From an uncultured Actinomycetota bacterium (GTDB lineage: Bacteria > Actinomycetota > Acidimicrobiia > Spongiisociales > UBA4744), in contig CAVRPP010000013.1 in the NCBI GenBank assembly GCA_963723165.1, positions 25,103-89,102 of the forward strand: a DNA stretch of 64,000 bases, written 5' to 3'. Positions within the stretch are counted from its first letter, which is position 1, and every line of letters starts with the position of its first letter. A model generated the notes under the pieces. The model worked only from the letters and a program-made list of their open reading frames with translations. It ran no database searches and was not told the DNA's origin. The translations under genes and the position numbers were made by a program. Positions 1 to 10,285 of this stretch are shown piece after piece.

Positions 1-2
1 CG

Positions 3-602
3 GGTCCAATCAACGACTACACGGCCGCCGAGTTGAAGCGTTTCGATGCCGCTTTTCGTTTTGGTTCAAGTCGCGGGTGGCCGTATCGCGACCAGGGCAT
101 CACCGTCCCGACGCTCGAAGAACTCGTCACCGCTTTGCCGGAAGCGTCTTTCACGCTGGAGCTGAAGCAACCCGGGTTGGAGGCTCCGCTGGTGGAGTTC
201 ATCGATAAACACAACTTGCGGGATCGGGTGATGGTCGGCGGGTACGAAGATGCCTGGTTGAAGGAAGTCCGCCGCCACTCCGGCGGCCGCGTCCCCACGT
301 CGAGCCCTCGGCACGAAACCCTGCTGTTCTGGTTGTTCAGCCGGGTCGGGATCGGGTTCCCCATCAAAGCAGACGCACTGCAGGTACCGGTCACGCACAA
401 CAAACTCACGGTCGTCGACCGCCGGTTCGTCCGGGCTGCGCACCAGGCCGGCAAACAGGTGCACGTGTGGACGATCAACAAGGCGCCCGAGATGCACCGC
501 TTGCTCGATCTCGGCGTTGATGGGCTTATGAGTGATGTGCCCGATGTCCTGCTCGAGGTCATGGCCGATCGAAGGGCAGGTGGCCCGCATCATTCGGCTT
601 GA
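3..602 (+). CDS. Glycerophosphodiester phosphodiesterase family protein (5' truncated by window edge)
   Basis: VPTLEEL, LELK, VHVWTIN, LGVDGLMSD motifs typical of GDPD; frame open to the window start. Confidence 0.85.
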   Translation, partial: GPINDYTAAELKRFDAAFRFGSSRGWPYRDQGITVPTLEELVTALPEASFTLELKQPGLEAPLVEFIDKHNLRDRVMVGGYEDAWLKEVRRHSGGRVPTSSPRHETLLFWLFSRVGIGFPIKADALQVPVTHNKLTVVDRRFVRAAHQAGKQVHVWTINKAPEMHRLLDLGVDGLMSDVPDVLLEVMADRRAGGPHHSA

Positions 603-671
603 GACTCCCGCAGACATGACCCCGAACAGCCGTCGCGCAGCCCGGCCGGGGCAGACGCGACGGAGTCCAAC

Positions 672-908
672 ATGACGACCCGTCCGGTACAACCGATGCC
701 GGACGATGTCCGGGAGGAACTCGAAGAGCAAGGTCTGATGGCAGCCTATGAGGAGCGACCGTTCTACCAGCGCAACGACTACCTCGCATGGATCGGCCGC
801 GCCAAGCGACTCGAAACCCGCGAGAAACGACTCCAGCAGATGCTCGAGGAGCTCGATCGCGGAGGCGTCTACATGGGGATGGATCACCCGCCCAGCAGAA
901 AGCGGTGA
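672..908 (+). CDS. YdeI/OmpD-associated family small protein
   Basis: MPDDV...YQRNDYLAWIGRAKRLETREKRLQQMLEEL pattern; GGAG RBS upstream. Confidence 0.8.
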   Translation: MTTRPVQPMPDDVREELEEQGLMAAYEERPFYQRNDYLAWIGRAKRLETREKRLQQMLEELDRGGVYMGMDHPPSRKR

Positions 909-971
909 AAGCGTCCCGGCTGCGGATAGGTGCGCCCGGGGAGCTGGTTGGTGACCAGAGACATTGGATGC

Positions 972-1577
972 TCACCTCAGAATCGGGAGATACCCCGGGC
1001 GCCGGGTCTCGAAATCGGCGATCTCGGCGTCGTGCTGAAGAGTGATTTCGATGTCATCGAGGCCGTGCAGGAGACGATGCTTGGTGTACGGATCAATCTC
1101 AAACCTGGCGGAGAAACCTTCGGCGGTGACCGTTTGCTCGGTCAGATCGATTTCAACTTCTGCTCCGGGTCGTTCCTGGGCGAGTTCGGTCAGCCAGATG
1201 ACCTCTTTGGGCGAGAGCTCGACCGGCAGCAACCCGATCTTGGTGCAGTTCGTTTTGAAGATATCTGCGAACGAGGGGGCAACGATCGCCCGGAACCCCC
1301 AGTCCTGCAGACCCCAGGGGGCATGTTCTCGCGATGACCCGCTGCCGAAGTTGCGGCCGGTGACCAGGATGCCTGCACCCCGGTACTCCGGTTTGTTGAG
1401 TACGAAGTTGGGATCGAGTTCGCCGTTCGGGGTTCGGCTCCAGTCGTAGAAGAGGAACTCGCCGTATCCCGTGCGCTCCACTCGTTTGAGGAACTGCTTT
1501 GGCATGATCTGGTCGGTGTCGACATCGGCGCGGGGTAGCGGGGCCAGCGTTGCCCTGATGGTCTCAACGGCCTTCAT
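972..1577 (-). CDS. leuD: 3-isopropylmalate dehydratase small subunit
   Basis: DVDTDQIMPKQFLK, NFGSGSSREHAPW, SFADIF motifs. Confidence 0.97.
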   Translation of the reverse strand: MKAVETIRATLAPLPRADVDTDQIMPKQFLKRVERTGYGEFLFYDWSRTPNGELDPNFVLNKPEYRGAGILVTGRNFGSGSSREHAPWGLQDWGFRAIVAPSFADIFKTNCTKIGLLPVELSPKEVIWLTELAQERPGAEVEIDLTEQTVTAEGFSARFEIDPYTKHRLLHGLDDIEITLQHDAEIADFETRRPGYLPILR

Positions 1578-2070
1578 CAGATCCTCCCAAGTTGAACTGG
1601 GTCGGGGTTGACGCGAACGCTTCGACCGTATCGGTGCGCCAGGCCAGCACCCGGGAAGGGGAGATGCGGGTGAAGCGCGATCCGGCCGGGCGATAGGGGT
1701 ACTTGGCGTCGTAGGCGTCGGCGACGGCCTGCTGGAGATCGGCGGTCAGGTCCACCGGCGTAGCGATCCCGCGCACCATCACCTGGGTGCCGCCGTGATC
1801 GACTCCCAGATGAACCCGGCCGTCGCTTACGGCCAGGTTGCGGGCCCAGCGGGTGTCGTCGCCGCCTTCTATGTAGGCGGCTTCATTCACCCAGGCGCCC
1901 CAAATCGGGATGAGGTGCGGTCCGCCGTGTGGCGTAACGGTAGAAACCCAGAACAGTGGCGCATTCTCCAGCGTGGCGGTGACGTTCGACCAATCGAGCA
2001 TGCCCTCGTCGTCTTGGGCGATGCCGTACGAACGGGGTATGTGAGGCCGGCGGCGAGTGACCGTGCTCAC
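1564..2070 (-). CDS. Pyridoxamine 5'-phosphate oxidase-like (split beta-barrel flavin/F420-binding) protein
   Basis: GTG at 2070 overlaps leuC stop (GTGA); [18 protein letters not shown]...WARNL...YDAKY pattern. Confidence 0.75.
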   Translation of the reverse strand: MSTVTRRRPHIPRSYGIAQDDEGMLDWSNVTATLENAPLFWVSTVTPHGGPHLIPIWGAWVNEAAYIEGGDDTRWARNLAVSDGRVHLGVDHGGTQVMVRGIATPVDLTADLQQAVADAYDAKYPYRPAGSRFTRISPSRVLAWRTDTVEAFASTPTQFNLGGSDEGR

Positions 2071-3473
2071 GCCCAGGTCCTGACGTCCACGAAATGGCCG
2101 GCGATGGCTGCTGCGGCGGCCATCGCCGGGCTGACGAGGTGGGTGCGTCCGTCTTTGCCCTGGCGGCCTTCGAAGTTGCGGTTTGAGGTCGAAGCGCACC
2201 GTTCGCCCGGAGAGAGGATGTCCGGGTTCATGCCAAGGCACATCGAACACCCGGCTTGCCGCCATTCGAATCCTGCCTGTCGGAACACCTGGTCCAGACC
2301 CTCCTCCTCGGCTTGAAGTTTCACCAGTCCGGACCCGGGCACGACCATCGCTCCGACCGAGCCGTGGACCTTCCTACCGGCGACGATCCCGGCTGCTTCC
2401 CGTAGGTCCTCGATGCGGGCGTTCGTGCACGAGCCGATGAAAACCCGGTCCAAAGCGATCTCCGTGATCGGAGTTCCCGGCTCGAGTCCCATGTAGCTCA
2501 GCGCCCGTTCGGTCGAGTCCCGGTCGTGTGGGTCTTCAAACGAGTCCGGTGAAGGGATGCTGGCCGTGACGGGGAGCGTCTGGGCGGGGTTTGTGCCCCA
2601 CGACACATACGGGGAGAGGTCCACCGCATCGAGCTCGACTTCGGTGTCAAAGACGGCGCCCTGGTCGGTCGCCAGTTCTCGCCACGCCTCGACCGCCGCT
2701 TCCCAGTCGCTCCCGCTCGGTGCATGGGGCCGACCCTTGAGGTAACGAAACGTGGTTTCGTCGGGGGCGATCATCCCGGCCCGGGCTCCCGCTTCGATCG
2801 ACATGTTGCAGATGGTCATCCGACCGGCCATCGACAGCGAGCGGATGGCCTCCCCCCGGTATTCGATGACGTGTCCGACTCCTCCGGCTACGCCGATGCG
2901 GGCGATGATGCCCAGGATGACGTCCTTGGCCGTGACCCCGGCCGGCAAGGTCCCGTTGACATTGACGGCCATGCTTCTCGGTCTGGTTTGGGGCAAGGTC
3001 TGGGCTGCCAGCACGTGCTCGACTTCCGATGTGCCGATTCCAAAGGCGAGGGCGCCGAAGGCGCCGTGGGTAGCGGTGTGACTGTCTCCGCAGACGATGG
3101 TCATCCCGGGCTGGGTAATCCCCTGCTCGGGTCCAATGACATGGACGATTCCCTGGCGAGGGTCGTCGATGCCGTAGAGCGTGATACCGAATTCCTCGCA
3201 ATTGCGGATCAAAGCTTCGATCTGCGTGCGAGACATAGGATCCGATATCCCGAGGTGGCGGTCCGTGGTGGGAACTCCATGGTCGATTGTCGCCAGTGTC
3301 AGGTCCGGCCGGCGAACCCGGCGACCGGCGAGCCGGAGTCCGGCGAAGGCCTGAGGGGAGGTGACTTCGTGCACTAGATGCAGGTCGACGTAGAGAAGGT
3401 CTGGTTCGCCCGGCGCTTGATGCACCACATGGTTGTCCCACACCTTTTCGAACATGGTCTTGGGCGGCGTCAT
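2067..3473 (-). CDS. leuC: 3-isopropylmalate dehydratase large subunit
   Basis: [45 protein letters not shown]; ATG at 3473 after GGAGG. Confidence 0.97.
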   Translation of the reverse strand: MTPPKTMFEKVWDNHVVHQAPGEPDLLYVDLHLVHEVTSPQAFAGLRLAGRRVRRPDLTLATIDHGVPTTDRHLGISDPMSRTQIEALIRNCEEFGITLYGIDDPRQGIVHVIGPEQGITQPGMTIVCGDSHTATHGAFGALAFGIGTSEVEHVLAAQTLPQTRPRSMAVNVNGTLPAGVTAKDVILGIIARIGVAGGVGHVIEYRGEAIRSLSMAGRMTICNMSIEAGARAGMIAPDETTFRYLKGRPHAPSGSDWEAAVEAWRELATDQGAVFDTEVELDAVDLSPYVSWGTNPAQTLPVTASIPSPDSFEDPHDRDSTERALSYMGLEPGTPITEIALDRVFIGSCTNARIEDLREAAGIVAGRKVHGSVGAMVVPGSGLVKLQAEEEGLDQVFRQAGFEWRQAGCSMCLGMNPDILSPGERCASTSNRNFEGRQGKDGRTHLVSPAMAAAAAIAGHFVDVRTWA

Positions 3474-3525
3474 GGGAGCCTCCGTCGGTGAGGGCAAGAG
3501 CGTAGCGGGTGTGGGCGGTTGTTCA

Positions 3526-4128
3526 ATGGTCTCGTTCGCTCCCCGGCGGCTGTACAGTCGCTTCATGGTCAACCTGCTTGCAGCCATCCTGGTTATCACC
3601 GCTCTGGGTGGTTCGTTCGGTGAAGCAACCGTCGAAGGAACCGACCGCGGCGACCGGATGCAAATCGAGTTCGCCGTGGCGGTCGCCGGGGCGCCGGTAG
3701 CGGTGGTCGTGCATGCTGTCGATCCCGGGCAGACGCAGCTGACTATCAGCCTCGGAGATCGGGGCCGGGGGGTGTGGGCGGGGATCGCCGAATTCGATCT
3801 CATGAACTACATAGTCGTATTCGAGGTTGTGTATCCGGACGGCACCGGTGAGGTGTCGGATCCGACCACGTTGCTCGAGCTGGGTCTGGATCCTGCGTTG
3901 ATCGGGATGGGATCCGTGCCGGTGACCGGATCCGATGATGTCGAAAGGCCGCTGTCCGCAACCACCCGCCGTTGGGGGTGGGGTGCGGCCGCTCTGACAG
4001 CGATAGCTCTTGCCCTGCTGGCAGTCTGGGCGATGGGTGAGCGAGTCAGAGGAAAACACGCCGCGCCGCGTCGGTCCTCCCGCCGGGCTGCCAATCCGCA
4101 GGATGGAGAAGGATCGCCGTCATCGTGA
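3526..4128 (+). CDS. Hypothetical membrane-anchored protein
   Basis: Hydrophobic N-terminal segment, beta-rich middle, C-terminal TM helix followed by a basic tail. Confidence 0.6.
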   Translation: MVSFAPRRLYSRFMVNLLAAILVITALGGSFGEATVEGTDRGDRMQIEFAVAVAGAPVAVVVHAVDPGQTQLTISLGDRGRGVWAGIAEFDLMNYIVVFEVVYPDGTGEVSDPTTLLELGLDPALIGMGSVPVTGSDDVERPLSATTRRWGWGAAALTAIALALLAVWAMGERVRGKHAAPRRSSRRAANPQDGEGSPSS

Positions 4129-4223
4129 GTCTCGTGCGACAAACCGGACGGCAGTAGAAACGCATAGGCCGGTGCTCGTCGATTCGGGCGCAACACCAGC
4201 TTGGTATTCGTTACGCTCGGGCC

Positions 4224-4763
4224 GTGCAGCGAATTCGCGATGCCGGACCGGCGGATGCCGGCCGATTGGCGGAGATCCACGCGATCTCATGGCAGGCGGC
4301 ATATCGGGGCTTGCTCGCGGATGCGTTTCTCGACGGGCTCACGCCCACTACCCGCCTCGATTGGTGGACTGCCCGGCTGGCCCGGGTACCTCCTCGATGG
4401 GCAGTCCTTGTGGTGGAGGATGAGACCGGGGTGACCGGTTTCGCAACAACCGGTCATTGCGACGACAACGACCGCCGGGTCCCTGACGCAGGCGAGCTCT
4501 TTGCCATGTACCTGGATCCTGTCTACTGGGGCCGCGGATGTGGCCGGACGCTGCTCCTGGCGGCCGAAGCACGGTTGCGGGCGGACGCCTACCTCGATGT
4601 CAGTTTGTGGGTTCTGGCCGAGAATCTGCGAGCCAGGCAGTTTTACGAACGGGGCGGTTGGCGCACCGATGGCGGTGAGCAAAAGATGGTCATCGGGTTA
4701 GACGCCGTCACTGCCCTCCGCTACCTGCGTGATTTGAGCCAGCGGCCCGCGTCGAATCTCTAG
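4224..4763 (+). CDS. GNAT family N-acetyltransferase
   Basis: SWQAAYRGL, ELFAMYLDP..WGRGCGRTLL, LWVLAENLRARQFYERGGW. Confidence 0.9.
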   Translation: MQRIRDAGPADAGRLAEIHAISWQAAYRGLLADAFLDGLTPTTRLDWWTARLARVPPRWAVLVVEDETGVTGFATTGHCDDNDRRVPDAGELFAMYLDPVYWGRGCGRTLLLAAEARLRADAYLDVSLWVLAENLRARQFYERGGWRTDGGEQKMVIGLDAVTALRYLRDLSQRPASNL

Positions 4764-4804
4764 CGCTAGGTCTCAGCTGCAAAAAGCATCTTGCTTGCGG
4801 GCCC

Positions 4805-5623
4805 TCACGAAATCTTGTGCCGTGTGCGGATCGCCCAGAGAACGATGGCTCCGCCGATCGCTCCGGCCAGGGCCGCTCCGGAGATCAGGGGTACGGGTCG
4901 GGGAAGAGTAGCCAGCCGGGTACGGATGGTCACCGGCCGTTCGAAATCCATGGATTGCCAGTCGCGCTCCTCGGCAATGTGGGCCAGCTCCTTATCCGGA
5001 TTGACCACGACCGGATGACCGACGGCTTCCAGCATCGGCAGGTCGGTCACGCTGTCCGAGTAGGCGAACGAATCCGGCAGGACCAGGTTTTCGGCTGCGG
5101 CCAGCTCACGGATGGCCTCCGCTTTCCCTTCGGCGTAGGCGTAGAACTCCATCGCCCCGGTGTAGCGGCCTTCAGCGTCGATTTTCGCCCTGGTCGCAAT
5201 CACATGATCGACCCCGAGGTAGCGGGCCAGGGGCTTGACGATTTCTTCCGGGCTCGACGAAATGATCACCACTTTGCGCCCGATGCGGCGGTGCTCGTCG
5301 ATCAAGGCCAGGGCCTCGGCATAGACCAGGGGTGACACAACTTCATCGACGATTTCTCGCACGAGCTCCTCGACGGCGACCTTGTCCCAGCCCTTGGTCA
5401 TCTCGAGCATTTCCTCACGGGCCCGTTCCATTTGAGTGTGGTCGGCGCCGAAGGTCATGTAACTGATCTGGGCAATACCGGCTTTGAGCAAGGACCGGCG
5501 ATTCAGGAAACCAGCCTGATAGAGCGGACGGCCAAACGCCAAAGCCGACGACTTGGCAATGATCGTCTTGTCCAGATCGAAGAAGGCCGCGGCAGTCGGG
5601 GTTGTAGATGAAGCGGTCACCAC
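4805..5623 (-). CDS. HAD-IB family hydrolase (Rv3661-like)
   Basis: FFDLDKT motif I, AYSDSVTDLPML motif IV; divergent from the tad locus as in other Actinobacteria. Confidence 0.92.
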   Translation of the reverse strand: MVTASSTTPTAAAFFDLDKTIIAKSSALAFGRPLYQAGFLNRRSLLKAGIAQISYMTFGADHTQMERAREEMLEMTKGWDKVAVEELVREIVDEVVSPLVYAEALALIDEHRRIGRKVVIISSSPEEIVKPLARYLGVDHVIATRAKIDAEGRYTGAMEFYAYAEGKAEAIRELAAAENLVLPDSFAYSDSVTDLPMLEAVGHPVVVNPDKELAHIAEERDWQSMDFERPVTIRTRLATLPRPVPLISGAALAGAIGGAIVLWAIRTRHKIS

Positions 5624-5734
5624 ACCTGGAGTCTACAAACCTCTATTCATGCCACAGACCAAGTGCATTGGCAAGGGGTTGGCGCGGCTCCTCGACCTCC
5701 TTACGGTTCGACTGTTCGCTGCACGAGGATGGAG

Positions 5735-6283
5735 ATGCCTGCTCTGGCCGTTTGGACCGCTTTCGATGGGCTCCTCTCGGCCGTCGCGCCCATCGGGCTG
5801 GCGGCCGCGGCCGGCACTGCACTGGTCGTCGATCTGGACCCGGCCGGCCCTCACTACCCGGGCCAGGCATCTCTCGCCGACCTGGTATCCGACGGACCGC
5901 GCCGGGTCGATCTGGTGCCGGCGCGCCGGGGCGTAGCGGTTCTCCGCAATGGTGGGGTAGAGGTGTCGGAAGCCCGGGAAGTCGTCGACGCCCTGGTCGC
6001 CGGTTGGCCCGATGTGGTTTTTCGGGTCGGCACGCCTGCCACCGCCTCGGGGATTGCCCCACTCGTGCCTGTGTGGCCGTTGTTGCCGGGGATACTTGCC
6101 GCCCGGTCGAGCGACACGTGCGTGTACCAGCAGACGGGATTTGCAGCACGTCCGCCCGGGCCGGGCCCCTTGTTGCCGCGGCTCCGGCCGGCTTTGCTCG
6201 GTGCGCTGCTGAACGGGAGGTTGGTGCGGAAATCCCGATGGACCACGGCGTGGCGCCAGGTTTGGAGACTGCCGTGGCGTTGA
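5735..6283 (+). CDS. Degenerate Ssd/CpaE-like (MinD/ParA-related) protein
   Basis: LVVDLDPAG motif; occupies the ssd position upstream of cpaF; no Walker A; start may be 5729. Confidence 0.55.
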   Translation: MPALAVWTAFDGLLSAVAPIGLAAAAGTALVVDLDPAGPHYPGQASLADLVSDGPRRVDLVPARRGVAVLRNGGVEVSEAREVVDALVAGWPDVVFRVGTPATASGIAPLVPVWPLLPGILAARSSDTCVYQQTGFAARPPGPGPLLPRLRPALLGALLNGRLVRKSRWTTAWRQVWRLPWR

Positions 6284-7335
6284 TTGATCGTTTGGTGAAC
6301 AGCCTGGTCGCATCCGATGTCCCGCTGCAACGCGAAGCGGTGACCCTGGCCGCCGGCCGGTTATTGGCCGAGGAAGCTCCGCTGGCCGGGCCCGAACTTG
6401 CCGTGGCAGTCACCGATGCGCTGGTCGGATTGGGTCCTGTTGAAGCCCTGCTCCGAGATCCGCTGGTATCCGACGTCCTGGTCAACGGACCCGAGGAAAT
6501 CTGGGTCGAGCGGTCCGGCCGCCTCGAGCGATCGTCGCTCCAATTTGCAGATTCCGGTGCGATCGTTGCTGCAGTGGAGCGAGTCATCGCACCATTGGGG
6601 TTGCGAATCGATCGAGCCTCGCCTTCCGTAGACGCCCGGCTCGCCGACGGGAGCCGGCTTCACGCGGTGGTTCCTCCCGTGTCGGTGGATGGTCCCATCG
6701 TTGCGATCCGGCGCTTCACCCCGGCCGTGCCCAATCTCGAATCCCTGGAGGCGATGGGTGCGCTGCCTCTCGAGGGCGTCGAACTCTTGTCTCAAGCCGT
6801 GCGCGAGCGGCGGAACGTGATCGTGGCGGGTGGAACCGGTGCAGGCAAGACGACGCTGTTGAATGTTTTGTCCGGCGAGATCCCTGCGGGTGAGCGGGTG
6901 GTGACGATCGAGGATGCAGCCGAGCTCCAACTGCCCGGACACGTGGTTCGCCTCGAGGCCAGACCGGCCAATGCAGAAGGAGCCGGAGAAATAACCTTGC
7001 AGCAACTCCTGCGATCGTCGCTCCGGTTGCGCCCCGATCGGATCATCCTCGGCGAGGTGAGAGGACCGGAAGCACTCGATCTCGTCTCAGCACTCAATAC
7101 GGGTCATCGGGGCTCGATGAGCACGGTGCACGCCAACAGCCCCGAAGAAGCCCTGTGGCGGATTGAGACCCTGGCGTTGTCCGGCGACCGACGGGTCGGG
7201 GAGGTCGCCGTCCGCCGCCAGCTCATGAGTGCTGTTGACCTCATGGTTCAGGTGGTCCGCAACGGACCGGAGCGGAGGGTATGCACGATCGCCTCGGTCG
7301 AGACGGACGGCATCCGGGAGGTATTCGGGTGGTAA
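6274..7335 (+). CDS. cpaF: CpaF/TadA pilus assembly ATPase
   Basis: GGTGAGKTT Walker A, TIEDAAEL, LRLRPDRIILGEVRG, TGHRGSMSTVHA; GTG at 6274 after GGAG. Confidence 0.93.
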   Translation: MALIDRLVNSLVASDVPLQREAVTLAAGRLLAEEAPLAGPELAVAVTDALVGLGPVEALLRDPLVSDVLVNGPEEIWVERSGRLERSSLQFADSGAIVAAVERVIAPLGLRIDRASPSVDARLADGSRLHAVVPPVSVDGPIVAIRRFTPAVPNLESLEAMGALPLEGVELLSQAVRERRNVIVAGGTGAGKTTLLNVLSGEIPAGERVVTIEDAAELQLPGHVVRLEARPANAEGAGEITLQQLLRSSLRLRPDRIILGEVRGPEALDLVSALNTGHRGSMSTVHANSPEEALWRIETLALSGDRRVGEVAVRRQLMSAVDLMVQVVRNGPERRVCTIASVETDGIREVFGW

Positions 7336-8000
7336 TCGTTCTTGGCCTGGCTGCCGGGCTCGTCCTCGGTGCGCCCGTTCCGGCTCTGGCCGCCCTCGGC
7401 CTGGCCGTGTGGCAACCGGTGTTGGCACTGTGTGGTGTCGCAGCATGGGGGGCCCTGTCGTTGCAGCACAAGAGGCCCGGTGCGAACTCGGCCGAGGCCG
7501 TCTACCTGTATGCCGTCGCCGGTGAATTGCGGGCTGGCTCGAGCTTGCGTCACGCGTTGGCTGCGGCGGCGGGCCGGGCATCCGATCTGAGACTGGAGCC
7601 GGCGATACGGATGGCCGCCGCCGGCCAACCACTCGACCGTGTTGCTGCGTTGTTTGAACCGGCTCTGCCGAGGTTGGGCGCACTGACCGCTTCCGCCGTG
7701 AGGACTTCCGGGATCACCGGCGGCAGGACCGCCGACGTCTTCGATGCCCTTGCCCTGCTGGCCAAGGAAGAAATGGAATTGACGCGCGAGCGGCGGGCCG
7801 CCACAGCCCAAGCGCGGTTGAGCGCCTGGATCGTCGCGGGAATACCCGTCGTCTACGTGGTGTACGCCGCCGTCAGCGGAAAATTGGCGGCTCTGCAAGG
7901 CGTCGGATCGGTCGGGAACGTAGTTCTCGCCGTTGGCTTGCTGTTACTGGCCACGGGTGTTGGCGCCATGTGGGGCATGCTCCGGGAGGCGGAGCGATGA
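7329..8000 (+). CDS. TadB-like type II secretion F-family membrane protein
   Basis: ELRAGSSL, GG..ADVFD.LA, ATAQARLSA motif; TM helices; position after cpaF. Confidence 0.8.
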   Translation: MVIVLGLAAGLVLGAPVPALAALGLAVWQPVLALCGVAAWGALSLQHKRPGANSAEAVYLYAVAGELRAGSSLRHALAAAAGRASDLRLEPAIRMAAAGQPLDRVAALFEPALPRLGALTASAVRTSGITGGRTADVFDALALLAKEEMELTRERRAATAQARLSAWIVAGIPVVYVVYAAVSGKLAALQGVGSVGNVVLAVGLLLLATGVGAMWGMLREAER

Positions 8001-8632
8001 CCTCCCTCGGCTCGCTCGCGGTCGGATTGCTGGTGCACCAGGCCATCCGCCATCGCCGGCCGGGCCGGCGGACGTTCTGGATCGCGGTTTCAGCAGCGCT
8101 CGTGACGGCCGGATCGGCCGGCCCCCCCATCGCCGGCATCATGTGGGCGTCGATGCTGATCCGGACCGCCAGGGCCCGGGCCGTGACGGCGGGTTCCTCT
8201 CCGGGTCTGGATCACCTCGGGCAAGTCCTGTTCATCGCATTGTCGGCAGGGCTTCCCGTCGCCGCTGCCCTCGAGTTCTCGACCCACGAAGTCGGTCCCG
8301 CCCAAGCCGGTGAGATTCGATCGGTCCTACGGGAAGCCCGCCACCATGGCCTGGCTGCGGCTCTCACTGCTGCCGACGGGACGGCCGGCCGTTTGTTCAC
8401 GGATCTGGCCAGGGCGCAGCTGACCGGCGCTTCGGCCGTCAAGGCGGTCGCTTCTTTCGTAGATGAAGAGCGCCGAGAGCGACGAACGCGAGCCGCTGAA
8501 GCCGCCCAGCGTTTGCCGGTCAAGCTGACGGTGCCGCTGGCCCTTCTCATTTTGCCCGGATTTGTTCTCCTCATTTTTGGTCCAACGGTGATCTCCACCG
8601 TGCAGCGATTGCTGGGGCCACTCCTCTCGTGA
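7997..8632 (+). CDS. TadC-like type II secretion F-family membrane protein
   Basis: LSAGLPV..AL, AAQRLPVKLTVPLALLILPGFVLL motif; ATGA coupling. Confidence 0.8.
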   Translation: MTSLGSLAVGLLVHQAIRHRRPGRRTFWIAVSAALVTAGSAGPPIAGIMWASMLIRTARARAVTAGSSPGLDHLGQVLFIALSAGLPVAAALEFSTHEVGPAQAGEIRSVLREARHHGLAAALTAADGTAGRLFTDLARAQLTGASAVKAVASFVDEERRERRTRAAEAAQRLPVKLTVPLALLILPGFVLLIFGPTVISTVQRLLGPLLS

Positions 8633-8689
8633 TGAGGTCAGCGCTTCCCCCGCGCCGGCCGGTTGCCGGCATCAATCAAGGAGAAATAC

Positions 8690-8872
8690 ATGCTGCTGTT
8701 GCTGCATCGGATCATCGATCGTGAGAAGGGTCAGGGAACCGTCGAGTACGTGCTCGTGATCCTCGCCGCGGCCGCCATCGCCCTGTCGCTCATCGCCTGG
8801 ATCAGTGACACGAATCTGTTCAGCGGGTTGTTCGGAACGATCCTCAAGAAGGTCATCGGTTTCGCCAAGTGA
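8690..8872 (+). CDS. Flp family type IVb pilin
   Basis: EKG/QGTVEY prepilin cleavage and Flp motif, hydrophobic helix; AAGGAG RBS. Confidence 0.85.
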   Translation: MLLLLHRIIDREKGQGTVEYVLVILAAAAIALSLIAWISDTNLFSGLFGTILKKVIGFAK

Positions 8873-9243
8873 CCGGTGAGCGGGGAGAGCCGGGATCGGC
8901 AGTGGTCGAGTTTGCCCTGGTGCTGCCCGCAGTGGTTCTGGTGTTGATGGCGGTCGTGGAAGTGACGGTCGTTGCGCGCACCCAGTACGAGCTGGTGCAT
9001 GCCGCCCGGGAAGGGGCCAGGACGGCTGCGACCGTCGCCGACCCCGCCCGGGCGGTGCTGGCCGTCCAGTCTGCTCTCGATCCGGCTGCGTCCGACAGGG
9101 TCCGGGTGACGGTGGAGCGGCCTGGAACGGTCGGAGGCAGCGCCGTGGTCACAGTGGTGCTGCCCTATCGGATCGGAGCCAGAATCCTCGGTGGCCTGCA
9201 GGTCGATCTCCGGGCCAGATCGGTAATGAGGGTGGAGCGGTGA
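8869..9243 (+). CDS. TadE-like pseudopilin
   Basis: GSAVVEFALVLP and AAREGAR motifs. Confidence 0.88.
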   Translation: MTGERGEPGSAVVEFALVLPAVVLVLMAVVEVTVVARTQYELVHAAREGARTAATVADPARAVLAVQSALDPAASDRVRVTVERPGTVGGSAVVTVVLPYRIGARILGGLQVDLRARSVMRVER

Positions 9244-9638
9244 GCGACCGGGGGTCCGCTTCGGTGCTCATTGTCGGATTCCTGGGTTTGCTCCTCGTCC
9301 TGGGCTTCATGCTGGGCACTGCCGGCCACTATCTGGTGGTCCAGAGCGGCGTGCAAGCTGCGGCCGATGCGGCGGCTTTGGCGGCCGCCCCGGTCACGTT
9401 CCGTCCGTTCGGCTCCGATGGGAGCCCGGCAGCGGAGGCTGCTCGTTTCGCCGCCGCCAACGGAGGGCGGTTGATCGCTTGCCGGTGTCCGATCGACCGG
9501 TCCTGGGAAACTCGCGTGGTCGAGGTTGAGGTTGGGAAGGAGATCGATCTGATGGGGCTGGGACGAAAGGAGGTCCGGGCGAGAGCAGCGGCGGAGTTCG
9601 TCCCCGTTGAGCTGTTCAGCCTAGAAAGGACGGACTGA
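9240..9638 (+). CDS. TadE/TadG-like pseudopilin (Rv3654c-like)
   Basis: DRGSASV, QAAADAAALAAA, ARFAAANGGRLIAC, RARA motifs. Confidence 0.82.
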   Translation: MSDRGSASVLIVGFLGLLLVLGFMLGTAGHYLVVQSGVQAAADAAALAAAPVTFRPFGSDGSPAAEAARFAAANGGRLIACRCPIDRSWETRVVEVEVGKEIDLMGLGRKEVRARAAAEFVPVELFSLERTD

Positions 9639-9658
9639 TATCGGGTAGGATATGGGCT

Positions 9659-10285
9659 ATGACGATGATCCGTATTCGATCTGTCGAGGAACCATTTGAC
9701 TCCCCGACAACCGTGAAGTCGGCCGTGTCGTTCCTTTCGCGAGCCGAGATAATGGGTTTTCTCGGCGATGAAGACATCGATCGCCTCGACATGGCCGCTG
9801 TGCGGGAGGTCATCGACGCGATGGCCCGAGCCGGGTTGGGTTCAGGGCCCGGAGCTTTACTGCACATGTCTGATGACGAGATCAGCGGAAGCGAGATTGC
9901 TGCAGTGCTCGCCAAACTCGAGGACATCCTGGAGAGCTCGCCCGCTCCGGAGCAAGAGTGGCCCATCCTGAACGATCTGTTCGGAATCGAGACTTTGTCA
10001 CAGCTGCTGGCAGTGTCGCCCGCCAGCGTACGTCGCTATCTGCGCGGCGATCGAGTCACGCCCGACCGCGTTGCCGCCCGGCTGCACTTCCTGGCGATGG
10101 TCGTCTCCGATCTCTCCGGCGCTTACAACGACTTTGGTATCCGCCGGTGGTTTGTCCGGTCGCGAGCCGTCTTGGACGGGGCCGCCCCTCGCGAACTGCT
10201 TGTGGGCGAATGGGACCCCGACGAAGCCGGACCGGAGCGGGTGCGAGCCCTCGCCCGGGCACTGCTCGGTTCACCTGCGACATGA
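9659..10285 (+). CDS. Putative Xre/MbcA/ParS-type antitoxin
   Basis: HTH-like LSQLLAVSPASVRRY, then RRWFVRSRAVLDGAAPRELL (DUF2384-like); ATGA overlap with RES gene. Confidence 0.75.
   Translation: MTMIRIRSVEEPFDSPTTVKSAVSFLSRAEIMGFLGDEDIDRLDMAAVREVIDAMARAGLGSGPGALLHMSDDEISGSEIAAVLAKLEDILESSPAPEQEWPILNDLFGIETLSQLLAVSPASVRRYLRGDRVTPDRVAARLHFLAMVVSDLSGAYNDFGIRRWFVRSRAVLDGAAPRELLVGEWDPDEAGPERVRALARALLGSPAT

Noticed and set aside
3474-3803. N-terminal extension of LeuC, or a leucine attenuator
   Set aside because: Extension overlaps the divergent gene; no Leu-rich leader peptide seen in the 52-bp spacer.
5608-6273. Long N-terminal extension on the 575-aa CpaF ORF
   Set aside because: Overlaps the Ssd-like gene in another frame; GGAG plus GTG at 6274 gives a normal-sized CpaF.
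5735-9638. Tad locus as a conjugative element
   Set aside because: No relaxase, coupling protein, VirB4 or integrase; matches the chromosomal actinobacterial Flp pilus cluster.
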